Shown here: positions 9,090-17,478 of the stretch, in pieces
Layout: every line of letters starts with the position of its first letter
Position numbering within the stretch: the first letter of the stretch is position 1
Assembly (NCBI GenBank): GCA_028877215.1
Contig: JAPPFJ010000025.1
Location: forward strand, 146,233-210,232
Direction of reading: 5' to 3'
Source: Gemmatimonadota bacterium
Lineage (GTDB): Bacteria; Latescibacterota; UBA2968; GCA-2709665
DNA length: 64,000 bases
Notes under the pieces: model-generated
The model's database searches: none
What the model saw: the letters and a program-made list of their open reading frames with translations, nothing else
Told to the model about the DNA's origin: nothing
Translations under genes and position numbers: made by a program

Positions 9090-10874
9090 ATGACTGAAAC
9101 AGACCGCGACATACACGAAGAGGAAATAACCAGGAAACCGTTCGACGCACGGCTGATGTGGCGTCTTCTGGAATACCTCAGGCCGTACAGGGTCTGGGTA
9201 ATTGTCGCGTTTCTGCTGATTCTTCTGACGTCTGCAGCCAGGCAGGCGGGTCCATATTTGAGCAAGATTGCCGTGGACGACCATATTCTGCCGGGAGATC
9301 TGGCGGGCCTGAACCGGATCGTCCTGGTGTTCGTTGGCCTGCTTGTGTTTCAGTTCCTGGCCGACGTCGCCCAGAGGATGGTTACGCAGATGGTCGGACA
9401 GTGGGTCATGTACGATATACGCAAGGCGATTTTCACGCACCTTCAGCGGTTACCCATACGATTCTTCGACCGCACGCCGATCGGACGCCTCATGACCCGA
9501 AACACCAACGACGTGGACGCGCTGAACGAGTTGTTTACAGACGGGGTCGTGGCCGTGTTCAGCGATATCTTTACGCTGATTGCGATTATGGCGTATATGT
9601 TTTACATGGACGCGTCGCTGGCGCTGTTGGTCTGCACCACCGTGCCCGTTATGTTCGGGGTGACGTTCTGGTTCCAGGGCCGCATGTTGCGGGCGTTTCG
9701 CCTTGCCCGCACCCGGTTGGCGCGACTAAACGCCTATTTGCAGGAAAACATCACGGGTATGCCGGTTGTGCAGCTATTTGGTCGCGAGGGCCGGCATGCG
9801 GATCGATTTGACGGAATCAACCGCCGGTACCTGAATGCAAATCTGGAGTCTACGCTGTATTATTCGCTCTATTTTCCGATTATGCAGCTGCTGGGTTCCG
9901 TTGCCACGGCACTCGTTATCTGGCAGGGCAGCAGCGATGTGATCCGGTCTCAGATCGAGTGGGGTGCTCTGGTCGCCATGCTGCAGTACATTCCGCGGTT
10001 CTTCTGGCCCATTCTGGACGTGGCGGAGCGGTACGCGATTCTTCAGTCGGCGATGGCGTCGTCGGAGCGGATATTTGAACTTCTGGATACCCGGCCGGAG
10101 CCCGGCCTCGGCAAGGAGGGGCCGAAGAAGATCCGGGGCGAGATCGAGTTTTCCGACGTCTGGTTCGCATACAACGACGATGACTGGGTACTGAAAGACG
10201 TTTCGTTCACGGTGAAACCGGGAGAACGCCTGGCCATCGTCGGTGCGACCGGATCAGGAAAGACGACGATTATCAATCTGCTGTGCAGGTTTTACGACAT
10301 TCAGCGGGGGCGCATCCGAATTGACGGGGTCGATATCAAGGATTGGAACGTGGAGGAACTGAGGCGGCGCGTCGGCGTCGTCCAGCAGGATGTGTTCCTC
10401 TTCTCGGGAGATATTGGGGCGAATATCCGTTTGAGAAACCGCGAGATCTCGGAGCAGAAGGTCGAGCAGGCCGCGAGAGACGTAAACGCGGACCGGTTTA
10501 TCAGTCGGCTGCCCGGGGAATACGGGCATGCCGTCACCGAAATGGGAGGCACCCTCTCCGGCGGACAGCGGCAGTTGCTGGCCTTCGCCCGGGCGATCGC
10601 GTTTGATCCGGACGTTCTCGTCCTGGACGAAGCCACGTCCAGCGTCGACACCGAGACAGAGGCCTGGATTCAGGATGCCCTGGGCAGACTGATGCGGTCG
10701 AGGACTTCCATCGTAATCGCGCATCGCATCTCGACTGTTCGGCGCGCGCACCGGATTCTGGTCCTCCACAAGGGTGAAATCCGCGAATCGGGGACGCACG
10801 AAGCCCTGTTGGCCGGAAAGGGTATCTATCACCGGCTTCACAAACTCCAGTACATCGGCAGCGCCCGGCAGTAG
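9090..10874 (+). CDS. ABC exporter, fused permease/ATPase subunit (MdlB-like partner)
   Basis: 594 aa. Walker A GATGSGKTT, signature LSGGQRQL, Walker B VLVLDEA. Its position next to the previous gene suggests a heterodimer. Confidence 0.9.
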   Translation: MTETDRDIHEEEITRKPFDARLMWRLLEYLRPYRVWVIVAFLLILLTSAARQAGPYLSKIAVDDHILPGDLAGLNRIVLVFVGLLVFQFLADVAQRMVTQMVGQWVMYDIRKAIFTHLQRLPIRFFDRTPIGRLMTRNTNDVDALNELFTDGVVAVFSDIFTLIAIMAYMFYMDASLALLVCTTVPVMFGVTFWFQGRMLRAFRLARTRLARLNAYLQENITGMPVVQLFGREGRHADRFDGINRRYLNANLESTLYYSLYFPIMQLLGSVATALVIWQGSSDVIRSQIEWGALVAMLQYIPRFFWPILDVAERYAILQSAMASSERIFELLDTRPEPGLGKEGPKKIRGEIEFSDVWFAYNDDDWVLKDVSFTVKPGERLAIVGATGSGKTTIINLLCRFYDIQRGRIRIDGVDIKDWNVEELRRRVGVVQQDVFLFSGDIGANIRLRNREISEQKVEQAARDVNADRFISRLPGEYGHAVTEMGGTLSGGQRQLLAFARAIAFDPDVLVLDEATSSVDTETEAWIQDALGRLMRSRTSIVIAHRISTVRRAHRILVLHKGEIRESGTHEALLAGKGIYHRLHKLQYIGSARQ

Positions 10875-10885
10875 ACTGTTTTTTG

Positions 10886-10914
10886 TTGACAAAGCGATTC
10901 CATTTGTATATCCT
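10886..10914 (+). promoter_or_regulatory. Candidate sigma-70 promoter for the HU gene
   Basis: TTGACA at 10886-10891, followed by TATATC (15-nt spacer) or TATCCT (17-nt spacer), about 70 nt upstream of the GTG start. Confidence 0.35.
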
Positions 10915-10986
10915 TTTCGTTTGTCCAAACCAATTCGACAGGTCGGTTTTTCGTTGAGTCATTAGCCAGTTTCGAAAGGGGTTCTG

Positions 10987-11265
10987 GTGACCAAAGCCGA
11001 TATCGTCAGTCAGATTGCAGAGGCCACGGGGTTGCCGAAATCGGATACGGCGGCGGTCGTGGAAGGTTTCCTCGACTCGGTTGTGGCGGCATTGAAACAT
11101 GGCGAGCACATTGAAATTCGAGGGTTTGGGACGTTCAAGGTCGTGACCCGGGCACCCCGGATAGGGCGCAATCCAAAAACGGGCGACGTCGTAAAAATTC
11201 CAGAACGCCCCGCGCCGGTTTTCAAGCCTTCCAGGGAGTTGCGGGCGGGCCTTACGGGTGAATAG
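10987..11265 (+). CDS. HU/IHF-family DNA-binding protein
   Basis: 92 aa, GTG start. IEIRGFGTFKV..R..RIGRNPKTGDVVKIPERPAPVFKPS is the classic HU arm region. Confidence 0.9.
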   Translation: MTKADIVSQIAEATGLPKSDTAAVVEGFLDSVVAALKHGEHIEIRGFGTFKVVTRAPRIGRNPKTGDVVKIPERPAPVFKPSRELRAGLTGE

Positions 11266-11317
11266 GCGGTCTGAACCCATGTCGCATCAGAATCAGTCTC
11301 ACGACAAGGAGCATTAA

Positions 11318-11407
11318 TTGCCCTGCGGAAGAAAGCGAAAGCGCCATAAGATCGCGACTCACAAGCGCAAGAAACGTCGCAGAAGAGATCGCCACAAGAA
11401 AGCCTGA
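11318..11407 (+). CDS. Small basic protein resembling ribosomal protein bS22 (29 aa); absent from the ORF track
   Basis: TTG start at 11318, 6 nt after AAGGAG (11306-11311), TGA stop at 11405-11407. Translation is MPCGRKRKRHKIATHKRKKRRRRDRHKKA. From memory this matches the KRKRHK.ATHKRKKR pattern of Bacteroidota-type bS22. Confidence 0.6.
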   Translation: MPCGRKRKRHKIATHKRKKRRRRDRHKKA

Positions 11408-11426
11408 CCACTTGCAAGGGTCCAGC

Positions 11427-11504
11427 GGGGCATTAGCTCAGTCTGGATAGAGCGCTGGTCTCCGGAACCAGAGGTCACAGGTTCGAATCCTGTATGTCCC
11501 ACCA
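11427..11504 (+). tRNA. tRNA-Arg (anticodon CCG), CCA encoded
   Basis: Hand-folded cloverleaf. Acceptor GGGGCAT/ATGTCCC, D arm GCTC/GAGC, anticodon arm CTGGT-CTCCGGA-ACCAG, T arm ACAGG-TTCGAAT-CCTGT. Confidence 0.9.
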
Positions 11505-11516
11505 TGCCTTGTCACG

Positions 11517-11554
11517 ACGAGCCGTCGATTGTTCGACGGCTCGTTTCTTTTTTT
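11517..11554 (+). terminator. Rho-independent terminator after tRNA-Arg
   Basis: Perfect 12-bp stem ACGAGCCGTCGA/TCGACGGCTCGT with a TTGT loop, followed by TTCTTTTTTT. Confidence 0.8.
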
Positions 11555-11688
11555 AGTTTGTACACCGATTCCGGGTTATCTGGGCTATCGAACCCGGAGT
11601 GCGATCCCCGCGTTTGCGGCGGGAGTCAGCCCGCGACTCGTGTACTGGATCCGAAGAAATTGGAACTTTCGTGATTCCAGATCGTTCC

Positions 11689-12645
11689 ATGCGTACGTCG
11701 ATCCACATCCGTTCCGGAAACGCCGGCGGGATTGGACGGCGGCTTCACCGCCGCAAAAAGGGGTTGCACTCAGCTTTGGACTTCCAGGAACCGACAAGGA
11801 AACGTCTGCCACACGACGCCTCCGTACAGCGATACCTGAAGGAACTGCGCCGCTATCCCCCGATGACGCGCAAAGAGGAGATGGAAACGCTCGCGCGGGC
11901 CCGGAAGGGCGATCAAAAGGCGATCGAACGGCTCGTTACGTCCAATTTGCGATTCGTCGTAAGCGTCGCCCTCGAATACCAGGGCCGGGGGGTGCCACTC
12001 TCGGATCTGATCGCCGAAGGCAACATGGGGTTGATGGAGGCCCTGAACCGTTTTGACGAGACCCGGGGGTACAAGTTCATCAGCTATGCCGTCTGGTGGA
12101 TTCGCCAGGCGATATTGAATGCGCTCAAACGGACGTCCGCGGTGTCCATGCCTGCCAACAGGCAGGAGGACATGGATCGCATGGCCCGGCGATGGGGCCA
12201 GATGACTCAGGAGTTAGGGCGGGTGCCGACGGTCGAAGAGGTGGCCAGCGATATGAAGATCAGTCGAAAGCGCGCTGAACGCGCGCTTCGGTGCGCCCGG
12301 TCGGACCTCTCCCTGGAATCTCCGATCGACGCTGAAGGCGAGAAGACATTGCTGCAGGTGCTCGACTGTGCCGGAACCTATCCCGATCTGGAGGTCCTGG
12401 AAAGAGACCGCACCGAACTGATCAGCGCCTCTCTCGCGTGCAGCCTCGATCCGCGGGAGGCAAACGTCATCCGCTCTTATTTCGGCCTGGATGGCGGAGA
12501 TCGAAGGACGCTTGGAGAAATCGGCAGGGAACTGGGTGTTACGCGGGAACGCGTACGGCAGATCCGAAATCGCGCCCTCGGCAAACTGCGCCGATATTTC
12601 AGGCAACGCGTACGCGCCGAAGAGTCGTGGCAGGACCAGGTTTGA
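11689..12645 (+). CDS. RNA polymerase sigma factor, sigma-70 family (regions 2-4, RpoD/RpoS-like)
   Basis: ORF 11599..12645. Contains YLKEL, NLRFVVSVA, DLIAEGNMGLMEA..RFD, YAVWWIRQAI and a region 4 helix-turn-helix (TLGEIGRELGVTRERVRQIRNRAL). The start is uncertain (ATG 11689 preferred; 11599 possible). Confidence 0.85.
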   Translation: MRTSIHIRSGNAGGIGRRLHRRKKGLHSALDFQEPTRKRLPHDASVQRYLKELRRYPPMTRKEEMETLARARKGDQKAIERLVTSNLRFVVSVALEYQGRGVPLSDLIAEGNMGLMEALNRFDETRGYKFISYAVWWIRQAILNALKRTSAVSMPANRQEDMDRMARRWGQMTQELGRVPTVEEVASDMKISRKRAERALRCARSDLSLESPIDAEGEKTLLQVLDCAGTYPDLEVLERDRTELISASLACSLDPREANVIRSYFGLDGGDRRTLGEIGRELGVTRERVRQIRNRALGKLRRYFRQRVRAEESWQDQV

Positions 12646-12673
12646 TTGAGAAACGGCAGCGACTCGGTAATTC

Positions 12674-12707
12674 GCGGGCAGGGTACTCTCCCTGGCCCGC
12701 ATTTTTC
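12674..12707 (+). terminator. Rho-independent terminator after the sigma factor gene
   Basis: Stem GCGGGCAGGG/CCCTGGCCCGC (one bulge), loop TACTCT, then ATTTTTC. Confidence 0.75.
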
Positions 12708-12780
12708 ATGATATTGCCCAAACCCCGGCGCGGCGCCTTTTCAGGCACGGATCCGGCAATGCCGGAAACGTATAAAGTCA

Positions 12781-12809
12781 TTGATCCAACGGTATTTAAT
12801 GGTTAAATT
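12781..12809 (+). promoter_or_regulatory. Candidate sigma-70 promoter for the mla-like operon
   Basis: TTGATC, 17-nt spacer, TAAATT, in an AT-rich patch about 120 nt upstream of the mlaE-like GTG. Confidence 0.4.
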
Positions 12810-12931
12810 GAAAGCGTAATTCGCACTTCGTGGCGCGCCGGTTCCGACCGCATCGTCCCTTTGCGCCGCCCGATCCGCGGGATGGCGTACCTGGTCGCAT
12901 ATGGCCGCTCAGCCAATTCAGGAAGTGACCC

Positions 12932-13705
12932 GTGAAGCGCCTGATGGAATTTGTGGGCATGAAGACCGCCCGGTTTCTTTTGCTTACCTATTCGATGTAC
13001 GGGTATTTCCGACGGTTTCTTGGCGAACTGTCGAACGTCTATTTCTACAGGCGGCAGATCATCGAGCAGTGTTACTCGGTTGGCGTGAATTCGCTGTCAC
13101 TGGTAATCCTTGTTTCGGCCTTCAGCGGCATGGCTGTATCCACGATGATGGCCTACCAGATGGAGGACTATGTACCTGACTACATGGTCGGCAGCATCGT
13201 TGTCCGATCGGTGCTGCTGGAACTGGCGCCGATTCTCATGGGGCTGGTCCTGGCAGGTCAGGTGGGTGCTGGCATTGCGTCTGAAGTGGGTACGATGAAG
13301 GTCTCCGAGCAGGTGGATGCACTGATTTCACTGGCAGTGGATCCGGTTGGGTACCTCCTCATGCCGAGGGTTCTCGCGGGTATTGTGATGATCCCCGTGC
13401 TGGTGGTCTTCTCCGCCTTTACGTCGATCTATGCGGGTTACGTGATGTCGATCCTGCTGATGGACATCACGGTTGCCGATTTTGTGAAGGGAATGAAGCT
13501 GGACTGGAGTTCGTACGATCTCGTGGTATGCGTCATCAAGTCCGTGGTTTACGGGGGCATGATCACCTTTTACGGTTCCTACGCCGGTCTGACGGCAACG
13601 GGCGGGGCCCAGGGCGTGGGCCGGGCGGCGACGGCGGCGGTCGTGATTTCGGCTGCGTCCATTCTGATCCTGGACTACTTCCTGACCAAGACATTGCTGT
13701 ATTGA
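12932..13705 (+). CDS. mlaE: MlaE-family ABC transporter permease
   Basis: 257 aa, GTG start. Multi-TM protein with the length and layout of MlaE/Ttg2B permeases, directly upstream of MlaF- and MlaD-like genes. Confidence 0.85.
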   Translation: MKRLMEFVGMKTARFLLLTYSMYGYFRRFLGELSNVYFYRRQIIEQCYSVGVNSLSLVILVSAFSGMAVSTMMAYQMEDYVPDYMVGSIVVRSVLLELAPILMGLVLAGQVGAGIASEVGTMKVSEQVDALISLAVDPVGYLLMPRVLAGIVMIPVLVVFSAFTSIYAGYVMSILLMDITVADFVKGMKLDWSSYDLVVCVIKSVVYGGMITFYGSYAGLTATGGAQGVGRAATAAVVISAASILILDYFLTKTLLY

Positions 13706-13774
13706 CGGCGGTTTGAAGACTTGAGCGTTAATCGGGCCCCGTCGCGGTGCTGTTTCGGTGAATGAGACAAGACA

Positions 13775-14518
13775 ATGGCAAAGAATGGCATAGCCGTCGA
13801 ATTCGAATCGGTGCATAAACGATTCGATGAATTACAGGTCTTGACGGGTATGGATCTGGAAGTCCGCTGGGGGGAGGTAACCACCATTCTGGGCCCCAGC
13901 GGATGTGGCAAGAGTGTGACGCTGAAACACATTATTGGCATCGAGCAGGCCGATCACGGTCGGGTCACGGTGGACGGTCACGACATGAACTCAATCAGTA
14001 ACAGAGATCTGAAGGCGTTGCGCAAAAGGATCGGCGTCCTGTTTCAGTCCGCCGCACTCTTCGATTCAATGAATGTAAAGGAAAACGTGGCATTCGGGCT
14101 TCGGATGCATACCCGGATGTCCGAGAAAGAGATTGAGGAACGGGTCGGCGTATGCCTGGGTGCGGTTCGTCTTGCCGGGGCGGAGCAGACGATGCCCGTC
14201 GAGCTGTCCGGCGGCATGCGGAAGCGCGCCGCACTGGCGAGGGCAATTGCAATGTCGCCTGATTTCATACTGTATGACGAGCCGACAACGGGTCTGGATC
14301 CCGGTACGGCCGCGGTGGTTGGCGATTACATTCTGAAGCTTCAGAATGAGCTGGACGTAACCTCGGTTGTGGTTACGCACGACCTGCCGCTTGCCCGTAG
14401 AATATCGGACAGGATCGCCCTGCTTTACAATGGAGAAACCGCCATTCAAGGGACACCGGAGGAGATCGAGAGGAGCGGGAACGATGTCTACGACCTTTTC
14501 GTTCAGGGAAAAATCTGA
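13775..14518 (+). CDS. mlaF: MlaF-like ABC transporter ATP-binding protein
   Basis: 247 aa. Walker A GPSGCGKS, signature LSGGMRKR, Walker B ILYDEPTTGLD. Confidence 0.9.
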   Translation: MAKNGIAVEFESVHKRFDELQVLTGMDLEVRWGEVTTILGPSGCGKSVTLKHIIGIEQADHGRVTVDGHDMNSISNRDLKALRKRIGVLFQSAALFDSMNVKENVAFGLRMHTRMSEKEIEERVGVCLGAVRLAGAEQTMPVELSGGMRKRAALARAIAMSPDFILYDEPTTGLDPGTAAVVGDYILKLQNELDVTSVVVTHDLPLARRISDRIALLYNGETAIQGTPEEIERSGNDVYDLFVQGKI

Positions 14519-14530
14519 AACAGGTGACAA

Positions 14531-15436
14531 ATGATAAGTCGGGAAAAACAGTTGTTTCTGGGTGCGGTCATTTTTCTGGCGATCGCGATTGCCGTACTGG
14601 GTGCGGCATGGCTGTCTGAGAATTACGCCGGAGCGGCAGGTGGATATCAGTTGCATGTCTTTTTCGACAGTGTACCAGGGCTGCAGCCTGGAGACCCGGT
14701 GTTCATCCGGGGTGTCTGGGCCGGCAAGGTCCTCGATATCGGACTTACGCACGGCTTGCCCCTCGTAAGTATCGGTTTTGCCGAATTTCGAAATCTGCCT
14801 CGGGACTCGAGGGTTCTGTTGCAGGCCGAGGGATTGCTGGGCGGTAAGATGATCGACGTGCAGGTAGGAACGGCATCCGACAGGGTGTACGCCGACCACG
14901 ACACGCTTCGCGGGTCGTCTGAAGGCGGCATCGAGGAGATAGCGGAACATGCCGGCGTGCTGGCTCAGCGTCTGGAAGCGGTTCTTGCCGACAGGAATCT
15001 GGGGCATGTCGAGGTCCTGCTGGCCAATCTGGACAGCGCGGCCGTGATTCTCAAGCAGACGGTTTTGGAGAACCGCGAGACGCTCGCGTCAGTCCTGGAT
15101 TCCGCGGCCGCGGCCACCGGCAACGCACGGGACATGATCGGCGAGAATCGGCCCGATGTGCGCCGGGTTGTCGAGAATATGCTGCTCACGACCGACAGGT
15201 TGGACGGGGTAGTGCGCAACATCGAGACCGTACTGGAATCGCTCAGGAGATCACTTTCCGATCTGAACGAGGTCAGCGGAAGACTTCGACGCGGCGAGGG
15301 TACGCTGGGCCGCCTTATCCAGGACGATACACTGTACAAAGACCTCCGGCGGACGCTTGTCTCCGTAGACAGCCTAATCAACGACATCAAAGAGGACCCC
15401 AAACGCTATCTCAACGTGGACGTCAGCCTGTTCTGA
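14531..15436 (+). CDS. mlaD: MlaD/MCE-domain substrate-binding protein
   Basis: 301 aa. N-terminal TM anchor, then an MCE-like core (GLQPGDPVFIRGVWAGKV) and a long helical C-terminus. Confidence 0.8.
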   Translation: MISREKQLFLGAVIFLAIAIAVLGAAWLSENYAGAAGGYQLHVFFDSVPGLQPGDPVFIRGVWAGKVLDIGLTHGLPLVSIGFAEFRNLPRDSRVLLQAEGLLGGKMIDVQVGTASDRVYADHDTLRGSSEGGIEEIAEHAGVLAQRLEAVLADRNLGHVEVLLANLDSAAVILKQTVLENRETLASVLDSAAAATGNARDMIGENRPDVRRVVENMLLTTDRLDGVVRNIETVLESLRRSLSDLNEVSGRLRRGEGTLGRLIQDDTLYKDLRRTLVSVDSLINDIKEDPKRYLNVDVSLF

Positions 15437-15451
15437 GTGGAGGTAAAAAGC

Positions 15452-16606
15452 GTGCGGGAGGTATTTGCTCGAAATGTATTCTGGGTGTTGGCCTGCCTGT
15501 GCGCGGGTCTGACCCTGGCGCACGCCGGGGACATGGAGTGGTTCCGATGGGCAAGGGGAAAGGATGTGTCCTTCGGCGGCGCGCTTGGCGAAATGCGCAC
15601 TGTCAGGGTCATTCCCGCTGCGGCCGACTCGGTAAAGCGACTGGTCTACGGAGACCGCCAGGGCCTTTTGCACGTACTGGAGTTCACCGAGGGGCGTTCC
15701 CGGGAGGTCTGGGTCAGCCAGTCCTTGAAATCGTCCGTGGCAGAGGTTTTCGTAGCGGACGTGAACGCGGACGGTGTCCTCGAGATCGTAGCATATTCGC
15801 ATTGGGGCGACATCGTGATTTACAATGCGAATTCGTACGAGTTGATCTGGCGCAGCAAAGATGACGAGTATGCGACAATCTCGACGATGGCGATCGAAAA
15901 CCTGGATGGCGACCCGCAACTGGAATTGATCTTCCTCGGTGAAGCGGAGGACGCGTCGGGAGAACGCGACTCGAGGTTGTTCGTCTACGACGCCAGGCAT
16001 CTCGCGGAGGAGAGGCGCGGAGAACAGACCTTGATCGGGGAAAGCATCGTCGTCGCGAACCTGGATGAAGACGCCGAGCTTGAAATTGCCATCAACACCG
16101 GTGTGGTGATCGACGCGAGATCTCTCGACTTCGAATGGCACTTCGGTGGATGCGACCGCATGGGGTACGTGGACGTGAACTACGATGGCACGCCGGATCT
16201 GATAGGTGAGTACGGAAGTTTGCGGCCCGAAAGACACATCAGGGTGATTTCAATCACCTCCGATTTTCGCGGCAACCACGGAGCGGAGGTGTCGGGAAGG
16301 ATTGCGGACTGCGCTTCCTGCCACAAACTCAGGGCGTTCTGCCAGGACTGCCACGAGAGAGAGGGTGTAACCAGTACCGTCGGACATCAGAACCCTGGCG
16401 GACGTATCGACGAGGAGGCCTATCATCTGCGGGAGGCGCCGTTCTTTGCGCCGTACGGCAATGTGAACGAGTGCACGAACTGTCACCAACCGGAACTGCG
16501 GGAGGTATGCCTGGCGTGCCACCAGCGTACCGTTCCCGATGGCGAGGAAGCAATACGGGCGAACACGGAGATCTATTCGATTCTTTCCGAATTGAAGGAC
16601 CGATAG
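15452..16606 (+). CDS. Secreted FG-GAP/VCBS-like repeat protein with a C-terminal four-CxxCH (putative tetraheme c-type cytochrome) domain
   Basis: ORF 15437..16606. I prefer the GTG at 15452, 8 nt after GGAGG. Signal peptide ..CAGLTLAHA. Ca-loop-like repeats DVNADGVLEIV, NLDGDPQLELI, NLDEDAELEIA, DVNYDGTPDLI. CASCH, CQDCH, CTNCH and CLACH are encoded within 16310-16522. Confidence 0.75.
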   Translation: MREVFARNVFWVLACLCAGLTLAHAGDMEWFRWARGKDVSFGGALGEMRTVRVIPAAADSVKRLVYGDRQGLLHVLEFTEGRSREVWVSQSLKSSVAEVFVADVNADGVLEIVAYSHWGDIVIYNANSYELIWRSKDDEYATISTMAIENLDGDPQLELIFLGEAEDASGERDSRLFVYDARHLAEERRGEQTLIGESIVVANLDEDAELEIAINTGVVIDARSLDFEWHFGGCDRMGYVDVNYDGTPDLIGEYGSLRPERHIRVISITSDFRGNHGAEVSGRIADCASCHKLRAFCQDCHEREGVTSTVGHQNPGGRIDEEAYHLREAPFFAPYGNVNECTNCHQPELREVCLACHQRTVPDGEEAIRANTEIYSILSELKDR

Positions 16607-16608
16607 AC

Positions 16609-17460
16609 ATGAAACATAACCTCTGCATAGTCGTGGTGTTCTGGATTTCGGCGCACGTACCGGTTCAGGCCGGTAGTGCGGACTGGTATCTTCTTCGCGA
16701 CAACCGGCACATCCGCTGGGGCGGAAGCATAGATGAACTTCCTCAGATTCGCATCCTCCCCTCGGGTGACGAAGCCAATCCGCGGGTCGTTTACGGAGAC
16801 GCACAGGGAAACCTGTACGTTGTAAGATACGTCGACGGGCGCGGATACGAGGAGTGGAAGAGTGAACCACTGGGATCTGCAGTCCTGGGAGTATTCGTGG
16901 AAGACGTCGACGCCGACGGGGAATTCGAAATCGTCGCCTACACCTTTACGCGTATTGTGCTGTACAGCGCGGAGGACTACAGTTTCATCTGGCAGATCCA
17001 GGAGGATATCACCCACATGGAAATCGCGAACGTGGACGAAGATCCTCAACTGGAACTCGTCTATCTGGTCAAGAGTCTGAGCCATAGCGAGATGCACATC
17101 CATGTATACGACTGCCTGGAGCTGTTCGAACAGGGTATCAGTGACGTGATACCGAAAGAATCGATTCACGCGCAGAGCATGGTGATCGCGGATTTCGACG
17201 ACGACTACGGCCTGGAGGCCGTGTTGAATACGGGTGTGGTCGTCGACATGGATACATTGATCATGGAGTGGTACTTTGCCGACGGCTTTGGAGACCGTCT
17301 GGGATATCTGGATATCGACGGCGACGGCGTCCTGGAGTTGATCGGGGAGGTGGGCGGGCTTCGCCACAGCCGCTACCTTCGCATATTCAATGTAGACACC
17401 CAGTCAGAGACGTTTCTGGTCGTGCCGGAGGATGAAGAGCAGACAAAATCGGGACAATGA
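16609..17460 (+). CDS. Secreted FG-GAP/VCBS-like repeat protein; paralogue of the upstream gene without the CxxCH domain
   Basis: The ATG at 16609 lies 3 nt after the upstream stop. Signal peptide MKHNLCIVVVFWISAHVPVQA. Repeats DVDADGEFEIV, NVDEDPQLELV, DFDDDYGLEAV, DIDGDGVLELI align with the upstream protein. Confidence 0.75.
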   Translation: MKHNLCIVVVFWISAHVPVQAGSADWYLLRDNRHIRWGGSIDELPQIRILPSGDEANPRVVYGDAQGNLYVVRYVDGRGYEEWKSEPLGSAVLGVFVEDVDADGEFEIVAYTFTRIVLYSAEDYSFIWQIQEDITHMEIANVDEDPQLELVYLVKSLSHSEMHIHVYDCLELFEQGISDVIPKESIHAQSMVIADFDDDYGLEAVLNTGVVVDMDTLIMEWYFADGFGDRLGYLDIDGDGVLELIGEVGGLRHSRYLRIFNVDTQSETFLVVPEDEEQTKSGQ

Positions 17461-17478
17461 CCGATTACGGACAACGGC

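Noticed and set aside
11279-11317. 12-codon mini-ORF (MSHQNQSHDKEH) just upstream of the bS22-like gene.
   Set aside because: It has no RBS, and it overlaps the Shine-Dalgarno sequence of the bS22-like ORF. It is most likely a chance ORF.
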